DNA of 64,000 nt from Acholeplasma sp. (GCA_036677365.1 JAVBWN010000027.1:1-64000); one strand, 5' to 3'; positions 17,999 through 28,384 are shown, counted from the first letter of the stretch. Program-made: numbers and translations. The notes: generated from the letters alone by a model not told the origin.

Positions 17999-20509
17999 AT
18001 GGGAACGATTGAAAAACAAAATTTAAAAGGATTCACAGGCTACTATTTCCCGTTATTCAACAAAACGGGCTTAATGTCATACATCACCCCGACATTATCT
18101 GGCGACATTAAATTGGATTATCACCACTATGTCACAGAACCATTTTCTGAGAAAGACTTGGTCAATAGTCTTTTTTCGCGTAATGTCATCTTCACAGTCG
18201 ATGGCAAACCCTATCATTTGAATGGCAATATGCCCTACCAACAAAATGACAAAATTGACCTCAAAGTTGGACCACTCTATCAAGTGGTTGAAAGAAGAAA
18301 TAAAAAAATAGCTTTAAAGACCACGTCATTTATCGTGAATGATGACTCGATTGAACTACATGAAATCGTCTTTACCAATCTTTCGGATAAATCAGTTCAT
18401 CTCGATGTATTGACGGCTTCTCCACTGTATGGCAGAAGTGCAGATAATTTAAGAGACCACAGACACGTCACCTCGTTATTAAACCGTGTATGGGTAAAAG
18501 ACCACCTCATCGAATTAAAACCAACCTTATCTTTTGACGAACGCGGTCACAAACCAAACGATGTATTTTATGGTTTCCATGCGAAATCAACTGACATGAG
18601 CATTAAAGCCTATTACCCATCACTCGATGAATTTGTAGGTAAAGGCAATCTCTTATATCCACAACCCAAAAAAGCATCTCATGTGGGCGATTATGTTGAA
18701 GGTTATGAAGCGATGGGTGGCATATTATTCGAAACCATCCATGTTCAACCGCATGCATCGATTGCTTTATTTATGGGTTTTTCAGCCAGTTACGAAGACA
18801 AATTGAGCGCATTCAATGCGTATTTGAATAAAAACGCATTCGATCAAGCGTTTGAAGCATCCAAGGCCTATTGGTTAGATGAAGTGACCCGTTTACAATT
18901 CTCCTATGGCAGTGCACAAAAGACGGCTTTATTGGATATGGTAGCGATTCAACCCATCTTGAGAAGATTTTTTGGTAACTCCTACATGCCACACCACGAT
19001 TATGGTAAAGGTGGCAAAGGTTGGCGTGACTTATGGCAGGATTTGTTGTCTTTAATCATGTACAATGACCCAACCGTTAAAGAAGCGTTGATCAACAACT
19101 TTGCAGGCATTCGTATCGATGGGTCTAACGCCACCATCATCGGTTCGAAAAAGGGTGAATTCAAAGCGGATAGAAACAACATTGTCCGTGTTTGGAGTGA
19201 CCATGGTGCTTGGCCACTCATCACAACCCTCATGTACATTCATGAAACCGGTGATTTGGATTTCCTATGGATTCAAACCCCTTATTTTGAAGACCAATTC
19301 ACACACTACACCAAACAAACGAAAAAGGTATTTCCTAAAGATTACATCCTTCGTGTCGATCAAACGCCTTACCAAGGGTCGATTTATGAACATTTATTAT
19401 TAGAAAACGTCGTCGCTGCATTAAATATCGGTGAACAAGGGTTCATTAAACTCGAGGACGCGGACTGGAACGATGGCCTAGATATGGCCAACAAAAAAGG
19501 TGAAACCCTGGCATTCACCCATTTCTACGCGAATAATTTACGCCTATTGGCTGAGATTTTAGAAGTATCGAATCAAACCGAAATCACTTTATTCAAGTCA
19601 CTTGCTGAACTCAGCCTAAACATCCATAAAGACGCCGATTTGGAAAAATTCTTCCATGAGGTTGCGCATTTTGATGGAACAGTGGTTTCAGTCAATGTCC
19701 TTAAGTTGGCACAAGCATTGAAAAATAAAGCCAAACAAATGATCAAGCATTTAGAATCGTTCGGTGTCCATCCGAATGGGGCATTACAATCCTACATTGA
19801 CAACGATGGTTTGTTCTTAGATCGAAAAGATACGTTATCGTTAACAGGTCAAACCATGGCATTGTTATCAGAAACGGTCAGTAAAAAACGCGCTAAGAAC
19901 ATCGCAGTTGAAACCAAAAAAGCACTGTTTGATGTGAATATTGGTGGCTACAAACTCAATTCAAATTTCCATGAAGTTAAACTCAACATGGGCCGTGCCT
20001 ATGGTTTTGCTTACGGACATAAAGAAAATGGGGCTGTTTTCTCACACATGGCAGTGATGTATGCGTATGGTCTATATCAATATGATTTGGTGAAATATGG
20101 GCATCAAGCCATGAATGCCTTGATGAACCGTGCATTACATAAGGATGCGAACATGTTGGCAGGTATCCCAGAATATTTCACACCGAAAGGCGAAGGCAAA
20201 TACAGTTATCTCACTGGGTCAGCCTCATGGTTGCTCAAATTATTGAGAACTGAAGTATTTGGTATTCAAATGCATTTAGGTACCTTAACCTTAAATCCGA
20301 AACTGATGAAATTCGATTTCATCGATGGTAAAGCATGGATTGAAACGTATTTGTTTGGTCAAAAACGCCGCATTACTTACCACAATCCAAAAGGGTTAGA
20401 ATACGGTCACTATGACATCCGTAAAATTGAAATGAATCAACGTTTGGTTCCAAACTATTTTGTTGAACTGGACGGCAACTTGGAGGTGTATTTAGATGAA
20501 AGGTATTGA
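17999..20509 (+). CDS. GH94 glycoside phosphorylase, probable laminaribiose phosphorylase
   Basis: RSADNLRDHRHVTSLL; PHHDYGKGGKGWRDLWQD; DADWNDGLD; HKENGAVFSHM; YLTGSASW; GH16/GH161 context. Confidence 0.85.
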   Translation: MGTIEKQNLKGFTGYYFPLFNKTGLMSYITPTLSGDIKLDYHHYVTEPFSEKDLVNSLFSRNVIFTVDGKPYHLNGNMPYQQNDKIDLKVGPLYQVVERRNKKIALKTTSFIVNDDSIELHEIVFTNLSDKSVHLDVLTASPLYGRSADNLRDHRHVTSLLNRVWVKDHLIELKPTLSFDERGHKPNDVFYGFHAKSTDMSIKAYYPSLDEFVGKGNLLYPQPKKASHVGDYVEGYEAMGGILFETIHVQPHASIALFMGFSASYEDKLSAFNAYLNKNAFDQAFEASKAYWLDEVTRLQFSYGSAQKTALLDMVAIQPILRRFFGNSYMPHHDYGKGGKGWRDLWQDLLSLIMYNDPTVKEALINNFAGIRIDGSNATIIGSKKGEFKADRNNIVRVWSDHGAWPLITTLMYIHETGDLDFLWIQTPYFEDQFTHYTKQTKKVFPKDYILRVDQTPYQGSIYEHLLLENVVAALNIGEQGFIKLEDADWNDGLDMANKKGETLAFTHFYANNLRLLAEILEVSNQTEITLFKSLAELSLNIHKDADLEKFFHEVAHFDGTVVSVNVLKLAQALKNKAKQMIKHLESFGVHPNGALQSYIDNDGLFLDRKDTLSLTGQTMALLSETVSKKRAKNIAVETKKALFDVNIGGYKLNSNFHEVKLNMGRAYGFAYGHKENGAVFSHMAVMYAYGLYQYDLVKYGHQAMNALMNRALHKDANMLAGIPEYFTPKGEGKYSYLTGSASWLLKLLRTEVFGIQMHLGTLTLNPKLMKFDFIDGKAWIETYLFGQKRRITYHNPKGLEYGHYDIRKIEMNQRLVPNYFVELDGNLEVYLDERY

Positions 20510-20900
20510 AGTGCACCATTTTGACGGTATTGGGTATCAAAAATTATACCACTACCAATCTTGGCGAATTGCCATTTTAAATTACATTGAAGAACTCGAA
20601 CCTCAAAACATTCATCGTTTTCAAGCACACGATTTAACCGATGAAGCTTTTGTCTTGTTAGAAGGGGCTTGTACCTTATTCATTGTAGAAAACGATCAAA
20701 TTGTGCCCATCCATTTAGAACCAAAAAAAGTATACAACATTAAAAAAGGGGTATTTCACTCCCATACACTATCGAAAAACTGCAAATTACTCATCATCGA
20801 AGAAGAGAATACTTCAGATGAGAATTCACCAGTGATGGTGTTAACAGAAGCTCAAAAACAACAATTAATAGAATTTGCGAGGATGAATCATGGCCTTTAA
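20496..20900 (+). CDS. Cupin-fold protein of unknown function
   Basis: H..TDEAFVLLEG and KKGVFHSH cupin motifs; overlaps both neighbours. Confidence 0.75.
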   Translation: MKGIEVHHFDGIGYQKLYHYQSWRIAILNYIEELEPQNIHRFQAHDLTDEAFVLLEGACTLFIVENDQIVPIHLEPKKVYNIKKGVFHSHTLSKNCKLLIIEEENTSDENSPVMVLTEAQKQQLIEFARMNHGL

Positions 20901-21621
20901 ATTATTGTGGCAAGATCTTTTTGATCGAGATGGTAGACCCGATGAATCGATTTGGGTTTACGAAACTGGCGGCCACGGGTTCGGTAATGGGGAAGCCCAA
21001 TACTATACAGATAGATTAAAAAATGCATTTGTAAAAGACGGTTTACTCAATATTGTTGGTTACAAAGAAGATTACGAAAAAAACCATTATACTTCAGCCA
21101 AATTAACGACTTATGGCAAAAAATCCATCCTATTTGGTCGTGTTGAAGTATGTGCAAAACTGCCATTGGGCTTAGGCACTTGGCCGGCCATTTGGTTATT
21201 ATCAGATGCATTTAAAAAAGGCGTTTCATGGCCACTTTGTGGTGAAATTGACCTCATAGAACACGTGGGTAATCATCCAGGATTTGTCCATTTTTCCTTG
21301 CATTCTAAGAGTTATAATCACTTGAATCATTTACAACCCACCCACATCGTTGAGGATATGAAGTTAACTCAAGGTTTTCATGAATATGCTTTTGAGTGGG
21401 ATGAAGAAGAACTTCGATTCTTCATCGATAAAAAACACCATGTGACCTTCCATCGCGGCGACGAACACCGTCTGACCGATGAGGGCGGCTGGCCATTCCA
21501 TCAACCGTTTTATCTCATTTTAAACTTAGCTTTAGGTGGCTGGTGGGGCGGTAAAATCGACGATAGCATCTTCCCTGTGACCATGCAGTTTAAATACGTC
21601 AAAGTATACGAAAGGATTTGA
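20890..21621 (+). CDS. GH16 endo-beta-1,3-glucanase (laminarinase type), cytoplasmic
   Basis: WPAIW; WPLCGEIDLIE catalytic motif; LNLALGG; no signal peptide. Confidence 0.92.
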   Translation: MAFKLLWQDLFDRDGRPDESIWVYETGGHGFGNGEAQYYTDRLKNAFVKDGLLNIVGYKEDYEKNHYTSAKLTTYGKKSILFGRVEVCAKLPLGLGTWPAIWLLSDAFKKGVSWPLCGEIDLIEHVGNHPGFVHFSLHSKSYNHLNHLQPTHIVEDMKLTQGFHEYAFEWDEEELRFFIDKKHHVTFHRGDEHRLTDEGGWPFHQPFYLILNLALGGWWGGKIDDSIFPVTMQFKYVKVYERI

Positions 21622-22634
21622 GTGGATTGAAACGAACCATTTACACCATCGCCGCTGAACTCGGGTTATCTCCGGGTACCATCTCCAAAGTCATCAATAA
21701 GACAGGCAATGTCTCCGATGAAACCCGTGAACGTGTCCTCACTTATATCAAAGAAGTGGGTTATGTCCCAGTCACGTCAGCCCGCATGTTGAAATCCAAA
21801 CGCAGCTATACCATAGGTGTTGTCTTTTCAGAAGACTTACACATTGGTTTAGAGCACCCATTCTTCTCATCGATCCTCCAACATTTTAAAAATTATGTTG
21901 AAAATGAAGGGTATGAGTTGTCTTTTATTGTGTCCAAATTAGGCAATAACCGCATGAGTTATTACGAATGGTGTATGAATAAAAAAGTCGATGGCGTCTA
22001 TATTGTTGTCGGTGACTATGGGGATGAAGGCCTATATGAACTGGCTAAAAAACACATCCCTTGTGTATCCACAGACATCTTGATCCCGGGCATCCATTCC
22101 ATCATTTCCGATAATGTGATGGGCATCCGTGTCAGTTTAGACCATTTATATGAACACAATCATCTAAAATCGGTGGGATTAATCGCGGGCCCACAACAAT
22201 CCAAAGCGTTTTTAGAACGTTATGAGGCGTATAAAGCATACCACGAAGAAAAAGGCATCACCATTCAAAAAGAACACATCGTGTTTGCTGAATCATTTGG
22301 ATTTACCTCTGGCTATCAGGCAGCCATGAAATTGATGGAATCCCCCTTACCAGAAGGTTTATTGGTAGGGTCAGATGACATCGCTTTAGGTGTCCTCAAA
22401 GCCTTTAAAGATAAGGGGATTCGAATCCCTGAAGACATTCAAATCATCGGTTACGATGATATTGCATTTGCGAAACACTTTACACCGAGTTTGACCACGG
22501 TCAAACAGGACCGCGAATTGATTGCAACCACTGCAGCCAAAAAACTATTACAACTGATCAATAACCCCAACAGTAGGGTAGAAGAAGTCATTAGAGTACC
22601 AGTAGAATTGGTACTTCGTGAAACTACCCAATAA
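21618..22634 (+). CDS. LacI-family transcriptional regulator
   Basis: TIYTIAAELGLSPGTISKVIN HTH; IIGYDD; PSLTTV; TTG start in a TTGA overlap. Confidence 0.93.
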   Translation: MSGLKRTIYTIAAELGLSPGTISKVINKTGNVSDETRERVLTYIKEVGYVPVTSARMLKSKRSYTIGVVFSEDLHIGLEHPFFSSILQHFKNYVENEGYELSFIVSKLGNNRMSYYEWCMNKKVDGVYIVVGDYGDEGLYELAKKHIPCVSTDILIPGIHSIISDNVMGIRVSLDHLYEHNHLKSVGLIAGPQQSKAFLERYEAYKAYHEEKGITIQKEHIVFAESFGFTSGYQAAMKLMESPLPEGLLVGSDDIALGVLKAFKDKGIRIPEDIQIIGYDDIAFAKHFTPSLTTVKQDRELIATTAAKKLLQLINNPNSRVEEVIRVPVELVLRETTQ

Positions 22635-22649
22635 AACAAATAAAAATGC

Positions 22650-22678
22650 TTGTAAACGATTACACAATGTGATAATAT
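22650..22678 (+). promoter_or_regulatory. Sigma-A promoter of the large glucan operon, overlapped by a cre-like box
   Basis: TTGTAA, 17 bp, TG-A-TAATAT; TGTAAACGATTACA at 22651-22664. Confidence 0.65.
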
Positions 22679-22693
22679 AATATATGGAAAGTA

Positions 22694-22707
22694 AGAAACC
22701 GATTTCC
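22694..22707. promoter_or_regulatory. LacI-type operator, copy 2
   Basis: AGAAACCGATTTCC. Confidence 0.8.
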
Positions 22708-22768
22708 TAAAATATGTAAGCGTTTTTAAATAAAGGTCGCACAAAGTGCACCTTTAAATGTTAATTAA

Positions 22769-22782
22769 AGAAACCGATTTCC
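22769..22782. promoter_or_regulatory. LacI-type operator, copy 3 (abuts the RBS)
   Basis: AGAAACCGATTTCC immediately before GGAGG. Confidence 0.8.
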
Positions 22783-22792
22783 GGAGGCCATT

Positions 22793-25700
22793 ATGAAGTC
22801 GAATCACCAAACCACATTTATCCAAAAGAACTATCAAAAACAAAAACCTTTCTCCTCCTTTTTACCGGGCATCGCTGGTAAAAAAGGGATTCCACTATGG
22901 AGTTTTTATGTCAACCGCGGACAAGTCATCACCAGTTTTGGCCGTAGAGATAAAAACGGCGCTATCCTAGAATTCTTCCCAGCAAACGCCGCTTACATGT
23001 ACACCAAAACCATTGGCTTTAGAACATTCATCCGTGTCGATGGCATCATTTACGAATTTTTTAAAGAAGATGGTCTCAATCAAAACCTATACGTTGAACG
23101 TGATTCAGTGTCCATTTCTGAGATCAATGAATCCATACAAATCAAAGTCACCGTCAAATACTTTACATTACCCAATGAAAAAGTCGGTGCTTTGGTCAGA
23201 AAAGTTACCTTCGAAAATTTATCCTTCAACAAAAAGCACATTGAAGTGTTGGATGGATTGACTCAAATATTACCATCTGGGATCGATTACGGCGGCTTCA
23301 AAGCCATCTCGAATTTACTTCAATCTTGGATGGATGTCGATTTCAAACCAGGGTATGCTTTTTATAAATTAAGAGCATCCACTGGGGACTCTGCTGAAGT
23401 GAGTGAGGTCACCGATGGTAACTTCTACATTTCTAAACTTGAAAATCAAACCGTAAAAATCATCGCAGATACCCGTATGGTGTTCGACATGGATACCGCG
23501 TTTGCGAAACCATATGGCTTCATGTACCACCCATTTGATGTGTTTAAAGATAAACCCCAAGTGGTCGTGAACCAAGTGCCTTGTGCCTTCAGTTTATTCA
23601 GTCACGAGTTGGATAAAACGGTCACATTAAATAGCTTGGTAGGTTACACATCCGATAAAACCTTGTTAGATGAATATGTTCAAAAATTAAACACCGATTA
23701 TTTAATGGCGAAAGACCGTGAAAATATCGAGTTACACAAAACATTGACCAGTGCGATTGAAACCGAAACAGCCGAACCACTCTTCGATGCGTACCTCAAA
23801 CAATGTTATTTAGATAATTTGCTTCGTGGCGGTGAACCCTTCCCAATTGAAACCAAATCCGGGGTGGCGAGTTATCACTTATTTAGCCGTAAGCATGGTG
23901 ACTTAGAAAGGGATTATAATTTCTTTGTCATCGAACCTGAGTATTACTCTCAGGGCAATGGTAATTTCCGTGACGTTTTACAAAATAGACGCAATGACAC
24001 GCTGTTCCATAGTTTTGTGGGTGATCATAACTTATGGCACTTCGCATCCTTAATCAGCGCGGATGGTTATAACCCATTGTCGATTGAAGGTTTGCAGTTC
24101 GAGTATCTCGGTAAAGTTGTTTACCCAGGACTCGATGGGTTCATTCAAAAACCATTTACCCCAGGTTCGATTTATAAAAAACTGATTGACTTGGGCTATG
24201 ATGATTCACAAGCAGAAAATACAATGAAGGTCATTTTAAAAGAATCCAATCCAATCATCAAAGCGAGTTTTGGTGAAGGCTACTGGAATGACCACTTCAC
24301 CTACATTTATGATTTGATCGAAGGGTATTTAGACATCTACCCAGAACAAGAAAAAGCCTTGTTATTTGAGAAGAAGAAATACCGATTCTTCGATAACCAC
24401 ACCGATGTTTTACCAAGACGTGAAAAAACCGTGTTAACCAAAGATGGTAAAGTGCGTCAATATGGCGCGTTGGCTCACCACCATGGTCATAGTGACTGGC
24501 TGCTCATCGGTGGTAAACCCGTGGAAGTCAGCCTCGCTTCGAAATTACTCACACTCGTATTAAATAAATATGGCCTCTTAGACCCAGCTGGCATTGGTTT
24601 ATCCTATGATGCCAATAAACCGGGTTGGAATGACGCAATGAACGGATTGCCTGGCTTGTTTGGTTCTGGTGTATCCGAAATGTTCGAACTCAAACGTTTG
24701 AATCAATTCTTATTAGAAGCATTTAAACAACACCCATCCGAACACATCGAAGTGCTCACACCATTGGTAGACTTGATGAGGTCATTCGAATCATTACAAT
24801 CCGAAGGTTACCAACTTTGGGATGAAAGAACCACCGCTTTGGAACAATACCGTGAAGCTATAAAACAACCGCTCTCCCTCAGCTGGATCGATACCAAAGC
24901 AGCAATTCGTGTCCTTACAAGAATCCAAACTGACTTGAGTGTGGCTGAAGAAAAGGCCCATGAAATTGACCCGGTTTATCCAACATACCTCACATTTGAG
25001 GCTGTGAAATATGAACCGATTTTAGAAAATGGTCAACCGAAGATTGGTAACTACAAACTCCCACTCGTCAAAGTACTTGAGTTTAAGATGAATCCAATCC
25101 CAGCATTCCTAGAAGCCCCTGCGCGTTATTTAAAACAAACGAAAGACGTTTCTAAAGCGAGAGACTTATATCAAACGATTAAAGGCACCGAGTTGTATGA
25201 TGCGAAAATGAAGTTTTACCAAACCAGCGTATCGCTCGATGCGTACTCCAACGAAATCGGTCGTATTCGTGCATTCACCAAAGGTTGGTTGGAACGTGAG
25301 TCGAACTTCTTACACATGACTTATAAATACTTGCTTGGGTTATTAAAATCCGGCTTATATGATGAATTCTACAGTGAAATGGATACCAACATGGTCTGCT
25401 TCATGAATCCTGAAGTGTACGGTCGTTCGCCCCTTGAAAACTCAAGTTTCATCGCAACCTCAACGAACCCAGATCCTAACAAACACGGACAAGGATTTGT
25501 ATCCAGATTATCTGGGTCTACCGCAGAAATGCTTTCGATGTATAAAGAAATGTTCATCGGTAAACACCCATTTACAGTATTGAATAATCAATTGGTGTTG
25601 AAATTTAAGCCCATATTACACAAACGTTTCTTTAAAGAAGGCAAAGTGTCCTTTAAATTCTTGAATACCAAAGTCACGTACATCAATCCACTCGGGTTGA

Positions 25701-25861
25701 ATACCTATGACAAAGCAGCACGTATCACCGATATTGAAGTCATCGATGCATTCGGTTCACACTGGATCAAAGGTGATCAATTGACCCAATTGGCATCAAA
25801 TGTTCGCTCCGGCGGCATTGATCAAATAAATGTATACATAAATAGGGAGGAAGCCAAATGA
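22793..25861 (+). CDS. GH161-like beta-1,3-glucan phosphorylase
   Basis: FSSFLPGIAG..GIPLWSFYVNRGQ; SRKHGDLERDYN; SQGNGNFRDV.QNRR; KPGWNDAMNGLPG; GWLERES.FLHM.YKY; 1022 aa; no signal peptide. Confidence 0.82.
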   Translation: MKSNHQTTFIQKNYQKQKPFSSFLPGIAGKKGIPLWSFYVNRGQVITSFGRRDKNGAILEFFPANAAYMYTKTIGFRTFIRVDGIIYEFFKEDGLNQNLYVERDSVSISEINESIQIKVTVKYFTLPNEKVGALVRKVTFENLSFNKKHIEVLDGLTQILPSGIDYGGFKAISNLLQSWMDVDFKPGYAFYKLRASTGDSAEVSEVTDGNFYISKLENQTVKIIADTRMVFDMDTAFAKPYGFMYHPFDVFKDKPQVVVNQVPCAFSLFSHELDKTVTLNSLVGYTSDKTLLDEYVQKLNTDYLMAKDRENIELHKTLTSAIETETAEPLFDAYLKQCYLDNLLRGGEPFPIETKSGVASYHLFSRKHGDLERDYNFFVIEPEYYSQGNGNFRDVLQNRRNDTLFHSFVGDHNLWHFASLISADGYNPLSIEGLQFEYLGKVVYPGLDGFIQKPFTPGSIYKKLIDLGYDDSQAENTMKVILKESNPIIKASFGEGYWNDHFTYIYDLIEGYLDIYPEQEKALLFEKKKYRFFDNHTDVLPRREKTVLTKDGKVRQYGALAHHHGHSDWLLIGGKPVEVSLASKLLTLVLNKYGLLDPAGIGLSYDANKPGWNDAMNGLPGLFGSGVSEMFELKRLNQFLLEAFKQHPSEHIEVLTPLVDLMRSFESLQSEGYQLWDERTTALEQYREAIKQPLSLSWIDTKAAIRVLTRIQTDLSVAEEKAHEIDPVYPTYLTFEAVKYEPILENGQPKIGNYKLPLVKVLEFKMNPIPAFLEAPARYLKQTKDVSKARDLYQTIKGTELYDAKMKFYQTSVSLDAYSNEIGRIRAFTKGWLERESNFLHMTYKYLLGLLKSGLYDEFYSEMDTNMVCFMNPEVYGRSPLENSSFIATSTNPDPNKHGQGFVSRLSGSTAEMLSMYKEMFIGKHPFTVLNNQLVLKFKPILHKRFFKEGKVSFKFLNTKVTYINPLGLNTYDKAARITDIEVIDAFGSHWIKGDQLTQLASNVRSGGIDQINVYINREEAK

Positions 25862-28374
25862 AAAAAACATTTATGTTGTTAGTTTTAACGGTTTTAAGTG
25901 TTGTAACTTTGGTCGCTTGTCAAACAGAAGCCAAGTTGACTAAGATTACGTTCACAGGCGTAGCCGACGTTACAAACATCGCTTACGGTTCAGAATTTAA
26001 CGTTCTAACCGGTGTCAAAGCGATCGGTGACGATAACAAAGATTATACAGACCAAATCACTGTACAATCGGTTGCGACCATTTCAGCATCAGGCGTTTTA
26101 GATACCCAAACCGTGGGTGTTGCTGCAGTTAAATATCAAGTTAAAGTCGGCAATGTCACCGGTGAAAAGTGGCGTTATCTAACCGTATTGAATCCTACAG
26201 CTGTTGAAGGCGAAATGCTCATCAACGGAGACTTCTCCGGTGGTACAGGTGGATGGACAGACCCAGCTGTTAACTACATTTCCGATGGCGCAGAAATGAC
26301 CATTTCCGCTGACAATGGCGCGTTAAAAGTCGAAGTAGTCGCTGGTTCAAATTTATGGACACCACGTTTTGGACAAATGAACGTGCCATTTGAACAAAAC
26401 AAGACATACCAAGTCTCCTTCAGAGCAAAATCCTCTGTGGAAAAGGCAATCAACCTTCAAGTGGGTGAATTGTTAACTTCAGCACCATGGTTTACAGATT
26501 TCAAACCTGGTCAAACTGAACAAAGAACCATCACCACTGAATGGGCAACTTATTCTTACAAGTTTACACACAAGCTTGACAACAAGCGTGGTGGTATCTT
26601 ATTCGAATTGGGTACACTTAATGGACAAGCCATCAATGCTACATTATGGTTTGATGACATTGAAATCACTGAATCGACACCAGATGCCGATACTCTAGCA
26701 CCTACATTCTCTGGATTGGTCGCTGAAAGATCTGTTTTAATTGGTGCAACATTCAACCCACTTGCTGGCGTTACAGCATTTGACGTGGTTGACGGTGATG
26801 TCACTGAAAACATCGTTGTTGTGATTAAAGATGCTTCTCAAGCAGTTGTTACGGCTGTAGATACTTCCGTTGAAGGCGTATTTACCATCGAATACTCTGT
26901 TGAAGACGAAGCTGGTAACGAAGCTACATTTACAGTTACTGTATCCGTTTTAGGTATGTTATTCTCACAAACAAACATTCTTAAGAATGGTGACTTCTCA
27001 GCGCCAATCAACGAAACAACACCAGAATGGACCACATGGGGTCAAGACTGGGATGTTCCAGCTGCATTTACAAGCGGCATCGTTGATGGACAATTCCAAA
27101 TGAATATTACAAACACAGGTAATGCTGCTGGTTGGTCTATTCAATTGGTTCAAAAAGTAGATTTAGTCGAAGGTAAGACTTACCGTGCATCATTTGATGT
27201 TAAGTCCTCTGTAGCAAGAGACATCGACTTTGTCGTTACACAAGATGGCACTTATTACGAACATTTCAAACAAGCAGGCATTCAATTAACCACTGAATTC
27301 CAAACATTCCAATTCGTGTTTACTGTCGATAAGACAACGGACAATACGAAGTTCGAATTCGATTTAGGTAAGACACCAAATGGTGTACCTTCAATCATCA
27401 CATTCGATAATATTAAATTACAAGAAGCTGTTTTAGACACCTTATTGGTTAATACAACATTTGACGCTCTTGGATGGCAAGCATTCCACAACGATTGGGA
27501 AGGCTCAGTTGCATCTCTATCCGTTGTTAATGGCGAATTCAAGTATGAATTAACTAAGTATGCAGGTGGCGCAAACCCAGCATCATGGATGTTACAATTG
27601 ATTTATGGTACTAAGTTAGTGCTTGAACCAGAAACCACTTATACATTCACATTTGATGCTTATGCATCTAAAGCATTGACCTTAAACCCATTCTTTACAC
27701 AAGGTGAACCTAAAGGTTATAACAACATCGTTACTTCTGGTACTGTAGCAATTACCACAGAAAAAGCAACTTACACTGTCACTGCAACTACAGGTACAGA
27801 TATGTCATTACCATTCGAAATCAAACTTGAATTTGGTAATCAATTCGTGTCCTTTGAATCCGGTTCAGAATTCATCATGTTTGATAACCTATCCTTCAAG
27901 AAAACTGCAGGTACAGAACTATTGGTTAATGGTACAGCGCAAGAAGTATTGCAATGGACATATGACAATTCCGGTGGTGCTACTGGTAATATGCAATTAC
28001 TCAATGGTAATGCAGTCGTTACAGTTGAAACCATGGGTGCAGCTTATCAACCTCATATGTATCAAATGCTATCCGGTCTAAAAGCTGGTAACTACATGCT
28101 TAAAGTGGTTGTGACCTCATCTGTAACAAGAGACCTACGTGTTAACTTCGTTGTTCCAAACTGGGGTTATGCATCGATTCTATCTGCTGGATCACACGAT
28201 TTCAGAGCTGAAGCTAACGTTGAAAAAGTGGTTTATGTACCATTCACAGTCGCTAATGACATCACTGATCCTGTGAAGTTTGAATTTGACTTTGGTACAC
28301 TTGGTGGCGAACTCATCAGCTTACCTGGTACTTTCACCATTTCTGAAATCCTTCTTTATCAAGTCATAGCTTAG
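25858..28374 (+). CDS. Surface lipoprotein with Ig-like and about four CBM4-like carbohydrate-binding modules; no catalytic domain seen
   Basis: Lipobox LVAC; repeated L.NGDFS / Y..SF.AKSS / FELG / FDNI module patterns; DTLAPTF..AFDVVDGDVT Ig-like repeat. Confidence 0.8.
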   Translation: MKKTFMLLVLTVLSVVTLVACQTEAKLTKITFTGVADVTNIAYGSEFNVLTGVKAIGDDNKDYTDQITVQSVATISASGVLDTQTVGVAAVKYQVKVGNVTGEKWRYLTVLNPTAVEGEMLINGDFSGGTGGWTDPAVNYISDGAEMTISADNGALKVEVVAGSNLWTPRFGQMNVPFEQNKTYQVSFRAKSSVEKAINLQVGELLTSAPWFTDFKPGQTEQRTITTEWATYSYKFTHKLDNKRGGILFELGTLNGQAINATLWFDDIEITESTPDADTLAPTFSGLVAERSVLIGATFNPLAGVTAFDVVDGDVTENIVVVIKDASQAVVTAVDTSVEGVFTIEYSVEDEAGNEATFTVTVSVLGMLFSQTNILKNGDFSAPINETTPEWTTWGQDWDVPAAFTSGIVDGQFQMNITNTGNAAGWSIQLVQKVDLVEGKTYRASFDVKSSVARDIDFVVTQDGTYYEHFKQAGIQLTTEFQTFQFVFTVDKTTDNTKFEFDLGKTPNGVPSIITFDNIKLQEAVLDTLLVNTTFDALGWQAFHNDWEGSVASLSVVNGEFKYELTKYAGGANPASWMLQLIYGTKLVLEPETTYTFTFDAYASKALTLNPFFTQGEPKGYNNIVTSGTVAITTEKATYTVTATTGTDMSLPFEIKLEFGNQFVSFESGSEFIMFDNLSFKKTAGTELLVNGTAQEVLQWTYDNSGGATGNMQLLNGNAVVTVETMGAAYQPHMYQMLSGLKAGNYMLKVVVTSSVTRDLRVNFVVPNWGYASILSAGSHDFRAEANVEKVVYVPFTVANDITDPVKFEFDFGTLGGELISLPGTFTISEILLYQVIA

Positions 28375-28384
28375 GAGATTAACT

